From: Escherichia coli | Lineage (GTDB): Bacteria > Pseudomonadota > Gammaproteobacteria > Enterobacterales > Enterobacteriaceae | Assembly: GCF_016026235.1 (NCBI RefSeq) | Contig: NZ_CP065613.1 | DNA length: 64,000 bases | Direction: 5' to 3' (one strand) | Notes under the pieces: model-generated | Seen by the model: only the letters and a program-made list of their open reading frames with translations | Databases searched by the model: none | What the model was told of the DNA's origin: nothing | Translations under genes and position numbers: made by a program | Shown: in pieces, positions 32,006 through 41,048 of the stretch | Layout: each line of letters opens with the position of its first letter | Position numbering within the stretch: position 1 is the stretch's first letter

Positions 32006-32916
32006 ATCAAACTGTCGCGGTGACGGGCGCTACCGGTTTTATCGGTAAATATATTATCGATAACCTGCTCGCCCGCGGCTTTCACGTTCGCGCATTGACG
32101 CGTACTGCCCGCGCTCACGTCAATGACAATCTCACCTGGGTGCGCGGTTCGCTGGAAGATACTCATTCACTTAGCGAACTGGTTGCCGGAGCCAGTGCGG
32201 TGGTCCATTGCGCTGGGCAAGTGCGCGGACACAAAGAAGAGATTTTTACCCACTGTAACGTTGACGGCAGCCTGCACCTGATGCAAGCGGCAAAAGAGAG
32301 CGGCTTTTGCCAACGTTTTCTGTTTATCTCTTCGCTGGCGGCGCGCCATCCCGAGCTCTCCTGGTACGCAAATTCCAAACACGTCGCCGAACAACGGCTG
32401 ACTGCAATGGCTGACGAAATTACGCTGGGCGTTTTTCGCCCGACAGCCGTGTATGGTCCCGGCGATAAAGAGTTAAAACCGCTGTTTGACTGGATGCTGC
32501 GCGGCCTGCTGCCACGACTTGGTGCACCAGATACACAGCTCTCTTTCCTGCACGTCACCGATTTTGCGCAAGCAGTGGGTCAGTGGTTAAGCGCCGAAAC
32601 TGTACAGACGCAAACCTATGAATTATGCGATGGCGTCGCTGGCGGCTATGACTGGCAACGCATACAGCAACTTGCCGCCAACGTCCGTTGCGGTTCCGTG
32701 CGAATGGTTGGTATTCCTCTGCCGGTACTCACCTGCCTTGCGGATATCAGTACCGCGTTGAGTCGCCTGGCAGGTAAAGAACCTATGCTGACCCGCTCGA
32801 AAATTCGTGAATTAACCCACGCCGACTGGTCGGCAAGTAATAACCGTATTTCTGAAGATATTAATTGGTTTCCCGGGATTAGCCTGGAACACGCATTACG
32901 CAACGGGCTATTTTGA
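32002..32916 (+). CDS. NAD(P)-dependent epimerase/dehydratase-family (extended SDR) reductase
   Basis: N-terminal Rossmann motif VAVTGATGFIGKYI; start overlaps the upstream stop by 4 nt. Confidence 0.7.
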   Translation: MNQTVAVTGATGFIGKYIIDNLLARGFHVRALTRTARAHVNDNLTWVRGSLEDTHSLSELVAGASAVVHCAGQVRGHKEEIFTHCNVDGSLHLMQAAKESGFCQRFLFISSLAARHPELSWYANSKHVAEQRLTAMADEITLGVFRPTAVYGPGDKELKPLFDWMLRGLLPRLGAPDTQLSFLHVTDFAQAVGQWLSAETVQTQTYELCDGVAGGYDWQRIQQLAANVRCGSVRMVGIPLPVLTCLADISTALSRLAGKEPMLTRSKIRELTHADWSASNNRISEDINWFPGISLEHALRNGLF

Positions 32917-32947
32917 TTGTCTTGTTTAAAGGTGTGTTAACGTTTCT

Positions 32948-33196
32948 ATGGTAAATCGTGAAATAGTAATGGATTACATCCTTTCCTGTTTACAGGATTT
33001 GGTCGAAAACGGTGTGGAAATTAAGCCCGACAGCGATCTCGTCAACGATCTTGGCCTGGAGTCGATCAAAGTGATGGATCTCTTAATGATGCTGGAAGAC
33101 AGATTCGATATTTCCATTCCTATTAATATTCTGCTGGATGTCAAAACCCCTGCGCAATTAATGGAAACTCTACTTCCATGGCTGGAGAATAAATAA
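32948..33196 (+). CDS. acyl carrier protein
   Basis: 82 aa with the phosphopantetheine-attachment signature DLGLESIKVMDL. Confidence 0.7.
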   Translation: MVNREIVMDYILSCLQDLVENGVEIKPDSDLVNDLGLESIKVMDLLMMLEDRFDISIPINILLDVKTPAQLMETLLPWLENK

Positions 33197-34368
33197 TGGG
33201 GCTATACGATAAATATGCGCGCCTTGCTGGCGAGCGACTGCAATTTAGTGACAACGGGTTAACACCGTTTGGCACCTGTATTGATGAAGTGTATTCCGCC
33301 ACCGAAGGCCGGATCGGCAATAAAAAAGTGATTCTGGCCGGGACCAATAATTATCTCGGTTTAACCTTTAATCATGATGCCATCAGCGAAGGTCAGGCAG
33401 CGTTAGCGGCCCAAGGCACCGGCACCACCGGTTCTCGTATGGCAAACGGCAGTTATGCGCCGCACCTGGCGTTAGAGAAAGAGATTGCCGAGTTTTTCAA
33501 TCGCCCTACCGCTATCGTTTTTTCAACCGGTTATACCGCTAATTTAGGCGTCATCAGCGCACTTGCCGACCATAACGCCGTGGTGTTACTGGATGCCGAC
33601 AGCCACGCCAGTATTTATGACGCCTGTTCTCTCGGTGGCGCGGAAATTATTCGTTTCCGCCATAACGATGCTAAAGATCTGGAACGGCGCATGGTTCGCC
33701 TCGGTGAACGGGCGAAAGAGGCGATTATCATCGTTGAGGGCATCTACAGCATGCTCGGTGACGTTGCGCCGCTGGCGGAAATTGTTGATATCAAACGTCG
33801 TCTCGGTGGTTATTTGATTGTCGATGAAGCGCATTCGTTTGGCGTGTTAGGCGCAACAGGGCGCGGACTGGCTGAAGCTGTCGGCGTTGAAGATGATGTG
33901 GATATTATCGTTGGTACTTTCAGTAAAAGTCTGGCCTCGATTGGCGGTTTTGCTGTCGGTTCGGAAGCGATGGAAGTGCTGCGCTACGGCAGCCGCCCGT
34001 ATATTTTTACCGCCTCTCCTTCTCCGTCCTGCATTGCGACCGTGCGCTCGTCGTTAAGAACTATTGCCACACAACCAGAGCTGCGGCAAAAGCTGATGGA
34101 TAACGCCAACCATCTGTATGACGGTCTGCAAAAACTGGGTTATGAGTTAAGTTCACATATTAGCCCGGTAGTGCCAGTAATAATCGGTTCGAAAGAGGAA
34201 GGTTTACGCATCTGGCGCGAGCTTATCTCGCTGGGCGTGTATGTGAATCTTATCCTGCCGCCTGCCGCGCCTGCAGGCATCACGCTGCTGCGCTGTAGCG
34301 TAAATGCTGCCCACAGTCGTGAGCAAATCGATGCCATCATTCAGGCATTTGCTACTCTGAAGCAGTAA
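33196..34368 (+). CDS. PLP-dependent alpha-oxoamine synthase (BioF/Kbl/serine palmitoyltransferase family)
   Basis: 390 aa with the conserved PLP-lysine context GTFSKSLASIGGF and a DEAHSFG motif; start overlaps the ACP stop by 1 nt. Confidence 0.75.
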   Translation: MGLYDKYARLAGERLQFSDNGLTPFGTCIDEVYSATEGRIGNKKVILAGTNNYLGLTFNHDAISEGQAALAAQGTGTTGSRMANGSYAPHLALEKEIAEFFNRPTAIVFSTGYTANLGVISALADHNAVVLLDADSHASIYDACSLGGAEIIRFRHNDAKDLERRMVRLGERAKEAIIIVEGIYSMLGDVAPLAEIVDIKRRLGGYLIVDEAHSFGVLGATGRGLAEAVGVEDDVDIIVGTFSKSLASIGGFAVGSEAMEVLRYGSRPYIFTASPSPSCIATVRSSLRTIATQPELRQKLMDNANHLYDGLQKLGYELSSHISPVVPVIIGSKEEGLRIWRELISLGVYVNLILPPAAPAGITLLRCSVNAAHSREQIDAIIQAFATLKQ

Positions 34369-34373
34369 TGTGA

Positions 34374-34406
34374 GCCCGCCGTGGTGTTTGCGCCACGGCG
34401 GGTTTA
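34374..34406. terminator. bidirectional terminator hairpin between convergent operons
   Basis: cccgccgtggtg / tttg / cgccacggcggg perfect stem followed by ttt, between the AOS stop and the convergent permease gene. Confidence 0.55.
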
Positions 34407-35483
34407 ATGTTGTCTGTCATACCAATACACCAGGCTCAACGCCACCAACACAAACGCTACCGGTAAACCGAGCGCGGTAACAGGTGCGCTTAACGCAAAT
34501 AGCAATCCCAGATTAACCATGATTTGATAGCTGATCCAGGTGAGTAAGCCCACGATGACGCCTACAGCGAGACGGCTACCCATCCCAGGCGAACGCGGGG
34601 CAGTAAAGGTAAACGGCACAGCCAGCAAAATCATCGCCAGGGTCAGGATGGGTTGCCCCAGTTTTTCCCACAGTGCAAGGCGGTATTCGCTGCTGGGTTG
34701 CCCGGTTTCCTGCAAATAATGGATGTAATGATTAAGCTGACGGACAGAAAAAGTATTCCCCGGCATTGATAACTCTTCAAGATTCATACTGGTGAAGGCC
34801 GATTGCCAGGCAAGATTATCTAATGTTTCCAGCGTTTCTTTGCCATTCAGCCATTTTTTATGATTCACACCATGCAGGACCCACGTTTTGTCGTCTTTAA
34901 TGGTGGCACTGCGTGCATAAATGTAGGATTCAAGCGAGAGATCGTCGGGATAATGAAATATCTCCACGCCCACCGGCTGGCCCTGCTCGTTCAGCGATTT
35001 CACCGTCACAAATTCATTACCACGCCTGGCCCACAGCATATTGCCGGTAATGTCATCGTCCTCCCCCAACGCGGTGGCGGTCGATTTGATTTGCAGCGCC
35101 TGTTGCTGCAATGGCGACGCCACCCACTCATCTATCGCGCCTAACGAAACAGTCCACAATATCCCGGCAACCAGCGCCACCAGTGCAATACGGAAGATAG
35201 AAAACCCCGTGCTGCGAATGGCGGTAAGCTCACTGTTTTTCGATAACTGCCCCAGGCCAACAATCCCTCCCAATAAGGCGATAAACGGCGAAAGTTCGAC
35301 CAGTGTGCGCGGTAAGGTCATTAGCACCACCAGCACCGCCTGAGTCCAGCGATAACCGCCCGGGCTGACATCATCCAGTTCGTTAATCAGGTTGAAGGTG
35401 GTAAAAAGCGGCAGCAATAGCCCTGCGGCGGCGGCAAAACCGAGAAAGAGATGACGGATTAAATAGCGACTGAAAACATTCAT
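34404..35483 (-). CDS. LptG-like permease (YjgP/YjgQ family), paralog
   Basis: Start at MNVFSRYLIRHLF gives a 4-nt ATGA overlap with the upstream gene; six predicted TM segments around a large periplasmic loop. Confidence 0.6.
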   Translation of the reverse strand: MNVFSRYLIRHLFLGFAAAAGLLLPLFTTFNLINELDDVSPGGYRWTQAVLVVLMTLPRTLVELSPFIALLGGIVGLGQLSKNSELTAIRSTGFSIFRIALVALVAGILWTVSLGAIDEWVASPLQQQALQIKSTATALGEDDDITGNMLWARRGNEFVTVKSLNEQGQPVGVEIFHYPDDLSLESYIYARSATIKDDKTWVLHGVNHKKWLNGKETLETLDNLAWQSAFTSMNLEELSMPGNTFSVRQLNHYIHYLQETGQPSSEYRLALWEKLGQPILTLAMILLAVPFTFTAPRSPGMGSRLAVGVIVGLLTWISYQIMVNLGLLFALSAPVTALGLPVAFVLVALSLVYWYDRQH

Positions 35484-36550
35484 CGGGAAAATTTCTGCAG
35501 CAAAGAGAAGTCGCGTGCGACCAGCATCAGCAGGCCCATTAGCATGAGTCCGGGTACTAACCACAAACCAGGAATGAGGGGAATCGCGCCGTTAGCCACC
35601 AGCGTACGGCAGACGTCGCCGCCATAAAAAATGGCAATAAACAGCAACGTCAGTGGCAATAATGTTGAAAATCGCCCTTGCCGCGGTTTTACCCGACTTA
35701 ATGAAATGGCCAGCAGCGCCATCAACAATGCTGTCAGGCCACGGCTTTGCCGCCATTGCAGTTCGGCATGATCGGCAGGAAATACAGAGCGTGCCAGCTC
35801 CGTGACCGATTTTGCTTTGCGTTTGACGTTAGGGCTTTGATCCAGCGGATTCAGATGTAATTGCAGATTACGGTAGATCTGTTCATTGTCGTCACGCCCC
35901 TGATGATCGAGAAGATAGGCAGTGCCGTTGTGCAACATAACGGTCGGTTTCTCGGGTGATGGGTCAACCACATCAACCGAACGGGCGCGGAAAATGCGGG
36001 TTCGATTGGCAGTAGAAGTATAAATCAGCGCGTCAGTCAGGCGATTATTATCCTGATCAACCGTCTGCGAAAGGATCATTCGTCCGTTATCGTTAGTGTT
36101 AAATTTCTTTGCCCGCAACTGGCGAACATCCAGCTCCGACTGCGACTGCTGCTCCAGTTGATAAATCTGCGCATAAGCCCACGGACGACCATACATCGAC
36201 AGAAGGGTGACAAAAATACTTAGCGGTATCGCCAGATAAAGAACGGCTTTGTACAAGCGTCCCGGACTGCCCCCCGCCGCAGAGATAGCGGTAATTTCCG
36301 AGTCGGTATACATCTGCCCTAGCGTCACGCCAACTGACACATACAGACCAACAGGTAACAACATCTCCAGTGCAATCAGCACTTTGTAGAAAACGATATC
36401 CAGCACAACATCAAGAGCTAATGTCCCATTTGCCGCTTCGGTCAGATAACGCTGTGCGGAGTAGCTGGCGAAAATAAAGATCAGAAAACCGACGATAATC
36501 AGCACCAGACGGCGCGTACCACGCATGATGTAGTGTTCAACCAGCTTCAT
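35480..36550 (-). CDS. LptF-like permease (YjgP/YjgQ family), paralog
   Basis: 356 aa with the same architecture as the neighbour; TM1-loop region GQMYTDSEITAISAAG resembles recalled LptF (YTESEITVMHACG). Confidence 0.6.
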   Translation of the reverse strand: MKLVEHYIMRGTRRLVLIIVGFLIFIFASYSAQRYLTEAANGTLALDVVLDIVFYKVLIALEMLLPVGLYVSVGVTLGQMYTDSEITAISAAGGSPGRLYKAVLYLAIPLSIFVTLLSMYGRPWAYAQIYQLEQQSQSELDVRQLRAKKFNTNDNGRMILSQTVDQDNNRLTDALIYTSTANRTRIFRARSVDVVDPSPEKPTVMLHNGTAYLLDHQGRDDNEQIYRNLQLHLNPLDQSPNVKRKAKSVTELARSVFPADHAELQWRQSRGLTALLMALLAISLSRVKPRQGRFSTLLPLTLLFIAIFYGGDVCRTLVANGAIPLIPGLWLVPGLMLMGLLMLVARDFSLLQKFSR

Positions 36551-36580
36551 CTCACTAACGCCCTCAATCCTTTGAATTTT

Positions 36581-37144
36581 TTATTCATTGATCAGTTTCT
36601 GCGCCAGCGCAATGACATGATCTACCTCTTCCGGCGTCAGGCTGCCGTCCTTTGCCCACTGAATTTGCCCGGTTTTATTCAGCACCAGAATGGTTGAACT
36701 CTGCTCCGGCAAGCGCCAGGCAACGCGTCCCTGTCCATTGCCGTCAATAACGAATTGCGCCCACGGATAGCGGCGTTTATTTTTTTCGATTTTGCCAACG
36801 ACAAAATAGCCAGTACCAAAGATGGCATCATCAGTGTTCACAATGGTGGTGGGCTGAAAACGATCCTGTGGAAAGTTTGCCGCTTCAACCGCTTTAATTA
36901 ACAGTGAGTTCTTCTTCTTCGCTGACTTACGCCCGGCGATATACTGGATAATGCGGACTTTTCCCGCCAATTGTGTGCTGTTCCACTTTTGGTAGTGAAT
37001 TTCGTCGTCGCTATTCAGAAGCAGCTCGCCGCCTTCCTGAATATAAACAGGGGTAACCGTTTTGCCAGTGACGAAATTGTGTGCCTGCACACCCGGGGCT
37101 AAGAGCATGATAATCAGCGCAATAATCAAACGAGATGACATCAT
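36581..37144 (-). CDS. periplasmic protein with signal peptide (YtfJ-like)
   Basis: Signal peptide MMSSRLIIALIIMLLAPGVQA; resemblance to YtfJ is from memory only. Confidence 0.45.
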   Translation of the reverse strand: MMSSRLIIALIIMLLAPGVQAHNFVTGKTVTPVYIQEGGELLLNSDDEIHYQKWNSTQLAGKVRIIQYIAGRKSAKKKNSLLIKAVEAANFPQDRFQPTTIVNTDDAIFGTGYFVVGKIEKNKRRYPWAQFVIDGNGQGRVAWRLPEQSSTILVLNKTGQIQWAKDGSLTPEEVDHVIALAQKLINE

Positions 37145-37152
37145 TGCTCCGG

Positions 37153-37977
37153 TTATAGCGGAAAACGCGAAATCAGCAGCTCTAAGCGCTGGCGAATATC
37201 GCTATCCAGCGCCACCGGTGCATCATACGACTGGCGGTTTTCCATATCATCCGCCACCATGTCGTCGTGTTTATCCCCCATCAGGCCATTAATGGCGGCG
37301 AGGAAACGGGAAATCTGTAACGCCTCTTTATTTTCAGGATCAAGCGATCTTAAGGTGTCGTAATAAGAAACCTGCTGGCTGATGATTTTTCGCACATCAT
37401 GAAATTCCCTGCCGGTTAGTCGCGGTTTGGCAATTATCTCTTTCAGGGCATGCATTTGCTTTTGCCGATAGGCAATAAAACCGCTTACGCTTTCTAACTG
37501 GCTATGGCGTAATGAATAGTTCACCAACGACCAGACCGGAGAGCTTAAATAAATTCGTAACAGGTTGCCGTAATACGACACAATATTTTTCTTACCGTTA
37601 CGAAATCCGTCCTGAAAACGTCCCAGAAAAACGGTCGTTTTGCCGAATAAAAATCTGGCCTGATGCTTTTTTAAATACAGCCGTTGTGCAAAACGTAGAT
37701 GCTTGTAGCGCGCTCGCATGTATTTAAACTGTTTACGCTCGTCTGTCGTCAGCTCATCGCCTTTGGCTTGTTTGCGAATTAAACGAAGTAATTCCTGACG
37801 ATCAACGCCATTGAGCCAGAATTGCAGGCATAACGCGTAATTATCATGGATGATTTCGGTGGTACAACATAGTGCGATAGTCGGCGGCAAACTGACCTGG
37901 GCATCAACAACATCATCTTCCTCAATCGCAACAAATAGATGCTCGCTCGCCTCAAGCGGGAAATATTTTCTCATCAT
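37153..37977 (-). CDS. hypothetical cytoplasmic protein (274 aa)
   Basis: ORF whose start overlaps the flippase stop by 1 nt; no recognisable motif. Confidence 0.45.
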   Translation of the reverse strand: MMRKYFPLEASEHLFVAIEEDDVVDAQVSLPPTIALCCTTEIIHDNYALCLQFWLNGVDRQELLRLIRKQAKGDELTTDERKQFKYMRARYKHLRFAQRLYLKKHQARFLFGKTTVFLGRFQDGFRNGKKNIVSYYGNLLRIYLSSPVWSLVNYSLRHSQLESVSGFIAYRQKQMHALKEIIAKPRLTGREFHDVRKIISQQVSYYDTLRSLDPENKEALQISRFLAAINGLMGDKHDDMVADDMENRQSYDAPVALDSDIRQRLELLISRFPL

Positions 37978-39326
37978 CAGGATTTCTCTCCGGCTGCGTT
38001 ATAAAGCAAGGAATGGCGCTGAAAAAAAGCCTTTAAGATCGGAATTAGCGAAAGCACCACATCCAGACATTGACCGCCGAAATAAGCAAACGCTGCTCCC
38101 AGCACGCCAAACAGATGACAGAACATGAACAGCAATACGATGTAGCCGATTGAGGCGATGGTTTGCGCCACGAGAAAAGCGCGCTGTTTTCCCGCCATCA
38201 ATAGCAATGACTCCTGAGGGAAGCCCAGCATCGAGATCACAATTGCGCCCAGCATCACCTGAATCAGGTCATACGCTTCGAGATACTTAACGCCAAACAC
38301 CAGCGAAATGAGCGGCTTGCCGACGATCAACACCGCGAGCGCCACCAGAATACCGATTCCGCCCGCCAGTAAACCGGACTTCACACCTAACAACCACGGT
38401 CTGGTGGTGCGCGGATCTAAACGCATCACCTCTGGGTAAAAACTTTTACCCAGCAAACCCGCTGGCGTTCCGGCGGCGTCGAAGAATGTCATGGCGATTT
38501 TAAATAACCCGGCGACAGCGGGTCCTAACACGATCCCCACCAACACTGTGCTGCACGAGTTACGCGCCGACCAGATGGAGTGGGCAATGTTGGTTGACCA
38601 GACAAAACTCCACGCGCCTTTAATGTGTCGGGCAGACTCAAACAGATTCAATTTGAAGGCGTTATGGATATTTCTGCGGCGTAATTCGCGCGCGGCAAAC
38701 CACCAGTACATGGTGCCGCCAACCAGATTCGACACGTACCAGGCAATAACAAAACCCGCAAAACCAAAGTCAAAATACCAGGCTGCGACGCTCCCCGCTG
38801 CGCGCAGAAAAGGTTTCGTCGCCTGCTGTACAGCAATCAAATCAAAGCGATCTACCGCACGCAGAATGCCGGTCGGCGTGGAGGAAGCCATTGAAGGAAT
38901 GAGCGTGCAATACAGCGCTGCCAGCCAAAAGCTTTGGTCATCCAGACCTAATGAATGGGAAAGAAAAGGGAGTAAGGCAATGCCGCCGACAATCGCCACC
39001 GCGCCGCTGACGATATCCAGCGAGAAGGAAAATGAGACGACATTGCGAAATTGCTGCGGATTATTGTTGGTTAATGCTGGTGTTCCGTACTGAACCACCA
39101 GCTGCCATGTCTGAAACTTAATAAAATCGCTGATCGACTTGGCGTACGATTGCACAATCACCAGTACGCCAAACATGGCGGGCGTCATCCCTTTACCGGC
39201 ACACGAGAGCGCCAACAGACCCAGCAAGGCGCTCACGACATTACTGGAGCCTAACCAGGCGCTATTGCGAATAATGGTGCGAAACGCGCCATCTGCAAAC
39301 CAATGTTTGATGTTAAAACCCGCCAA
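37977..39326 (-). CDS. yghQ: MOP-superfamily (Wzx-like) polysaccharide/lipid flippase
   Basis: 449-aa protein with about 12 hydrophobic segments. Confidence 0.65.
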   Translation of the reverse strand: MAGFNIKHWFADGAFRTIIRNSAWLGSSNVVSALLGLLALSCAGKGMTPAMFGVLVIVQSYAKSISDFIKFQTWQLVVQYGTPALTNNNPQQFRNVVSFSFSLDIVSGAVAIVGGIALLPFLSHSLGLDDQSFWLAALYCTLIPSMASSTPTGILRAVDRFDLIAVQQATKPFLRAAGSVAAWYFDFGFAGFVIAWYVSNLVGGTMYWWFAARELRRRNIHNAFKLNLFESARHIKGAWSFVWSTNIAHSIWSARNSCSTVLVGIVLGPAVAGLFKIAMTFFDAAGTPAGLLGKSFYPEVMRLDPRTTRPWLLGVKSGLLAGGIGILVALAVLIVGKPLISLVFGVKYLEAYDLIQVMLGAIVISMLGFPQESLLLMAGKQRAFLVAQTIASIGYIVLLFMFCHLFGVLGAAFAYFGGQCLDVVLSLIPILKAFFQRHSLLYNAAGEKS

Positions 39327-39371
39327 TTCAGCCTGACCTTATCGTTGATAGTAAAAAGTATCCCGCCAGCC

Positions 39372-40130
39372 TTAAGTTAAACTTCGGCGGTCAGAAACGA
39401 TGGCAACCAGAGAAACCGCCTTCTGTGCCTGTTCCAGCACTTCGCTGTAGGGCGCTCTGGAATCAATCTCAAGAATTTTTGTGCCGTTATAGCCAATCGT
39501 CGACATAACACTGATTTTGTCCTGCAGCTCGGCATAGTCATGGTCAGGCTTGCGGGAGATGGCAGTCTCAATATCAATGCCCAGGCGAATAATTAATTCC
39601 GGGCGATATTGCGCCATTTGTTGGTATAAACGCCGTTCGCGCTGCGCCAGAAACATGCTGATTTTCCCGGTCGCACGTTCGACGCCAATCCCCGGTCCGT
39701 CATAATAAAAGCCCGAAATTTCAGCCTGCGGGAAGCGATCGCTGACCACCAGAACGCCACTTTGCGCCAGTCGCTGAACCTTGCGTAGATTCGCCATTCT
39801 TCGCAGCGAGAAGCAGTACATAATCACCGCCGCCCATAGCGCCGGAGATTTGGTTTTCATGCTTTGGGTTTTCGAGGATTTGGCCGCCAGTCGCCGTTCC
39901 AGCCAGACGCCAACCAACGGCAATCGTTTGATTTTGTCGCCGTCTTCGCCGGAGAGCAGCCCCAAATAGCGGCGCTCGGTTTGCCAGTGTTGTTGCAGCG
40001 ATTTCACCAGGTCGGTGGTCAGTGTGGATTTACCGGTGCCATCACACCCGACCACCGCAATCAGCCCCGGAATGTAGTTGGGCTGCGGCGCGGTTGTACT
40101 AATAACAGTTTGTGTTTGTAGTGCATCCAT
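39372..40130 (-). CDS. yghR: P-loop NTPase, kinase-like
   Basis: Walker A VGCDGTGKST; shares DRFPQ and SRKPDH motifs with two neighbouring paralogs. Confidence 0.65.
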   Translation of the reverse strand: MDALQTQTVISTTAPQPNYIPGLIAVVGCDGTGKSTLTTDLVKSLQQHWQTERRYLGLLSGEDGDKIKRLPLVGVWLERRLAAKSSKTQSMKTKSPALWAAVIMYCFSLRRMANLRKVQRLAQSGVLVVSDRFPQAEISGFYYDGPGIGVERATGKISMFLAQRERRLYQQMAQYRPELIIRLGIDIETAISRKPDHDYAELQDKISVMSTIGYNGTKILEIDSRAPYSEVLEQAQKAVSLVAIVSDRRSLT

Positions 40131-40161
40131 TCGTTAAATCATCCCCTATCCATTTTGGTGA

Positions 40162-40875
40162 TCAAGAAAGCGCGGCGTGAATTGCGCGTAGTGACGCTTG
40201 CAGAATTTCATCGGCTGGTTGCCGACCATCCAGTTCAAGGATCTTTGCGCCATTGAATGTCAATTGCGGCGTAACGGCGATTTTTTCCTGTAACGCTGCC
40301 AGTTGGTGGTCAGGTTTACGCGCAAACGCGGTTTGTTCATCAATGCCAAGACGAATCAACAATACGGGTAAATAAGACGCCATCCATTGGTACAGCTTCA
40401 ACTCGCGCTGCCTTAACATTTTTATCCAACCGTTACCGCCCGTGGTTTTTGCCAATTGCGGGCCATCAAAGCGAAAACCCGGCACTTCAACCTGCGGGTA
40501 GCGGTCGGTGATGAGCAGATGGCCTTGCTGGCTTCTACACAACATTTTGCGAAACTTGTACGCCCGCCAGCAGGAAAGCAGATAGATAACCAGCGCAGTA
40601 ATATTGCCAGGCGGTGTTGAGGGCTTTTCGTGCACATGTGCCGCTTTACTTCGCAGATAACGCCCAAAAGGTGCGCCAATAACAGGGAGCTGTGAAATCC
40701 ATTCGCCAATTCGCCCGGACGATTGCCCGAGATAAATGCGTTCTGTTGGCATTCTTGCTGCCAGTTCATTTACCAGGCTTGCCGTGAGGGTCGATTTACC
40801 TGAACCATCACATCCTACAATGGCAATAACACGCACTGGCGTGGAATTAATTATTGACATATTACGTTGATTCAC
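40162..40875 (-). CDS. yghS: P-loop NTPase, kinase-like
   Basis: Walker A VGCDGSGKST, plus DRYPQ and ARKPDH motifs. Confidence 0.65.
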   Translation of the reverse strand: MNQRNMSIINSTPVRVIAIVGCDGSGKSTLTASLVNELAARMPTERIYLGQSSGRIGEWISQLPVIGAPFGRYLRSKAAHVHEKPSTPPGNITALVIYLLSCWRAYKFRKMLCRSQQGHLLITDRYPQVEVPGFRFDGPQLAKTTGGNGWIKMLRQRELKLYQWMASYLPVLLIRLGIDEQTAFARKPDHQLAALQEKIAVTPQLTFNGAKILELDGRQPADEILQASLRAIHAALS

Positions 40876-41048
40876 GAAAAACCCGGCAGTAAATAATGTA
40901 TTGAATATTACGTGGTCCGTGCTCAGAATATCCGTTCAACCTTATTGTGACAATGGTTAATTGTGACATTGACCTGAATTACGCTTTCATAAAAACATAT
41001 TAACCAAATAAATATTTTGGATGGATATTTAAATTTAAGGATATATTC

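Noticed and set aside
34404-36550. The permease pair as the housekeeping lptF/lptG
   Set aside because: The essential lptFG pair is located elsewhere in E. coli; these sit in an accessory lipid locus and are called paralogs.
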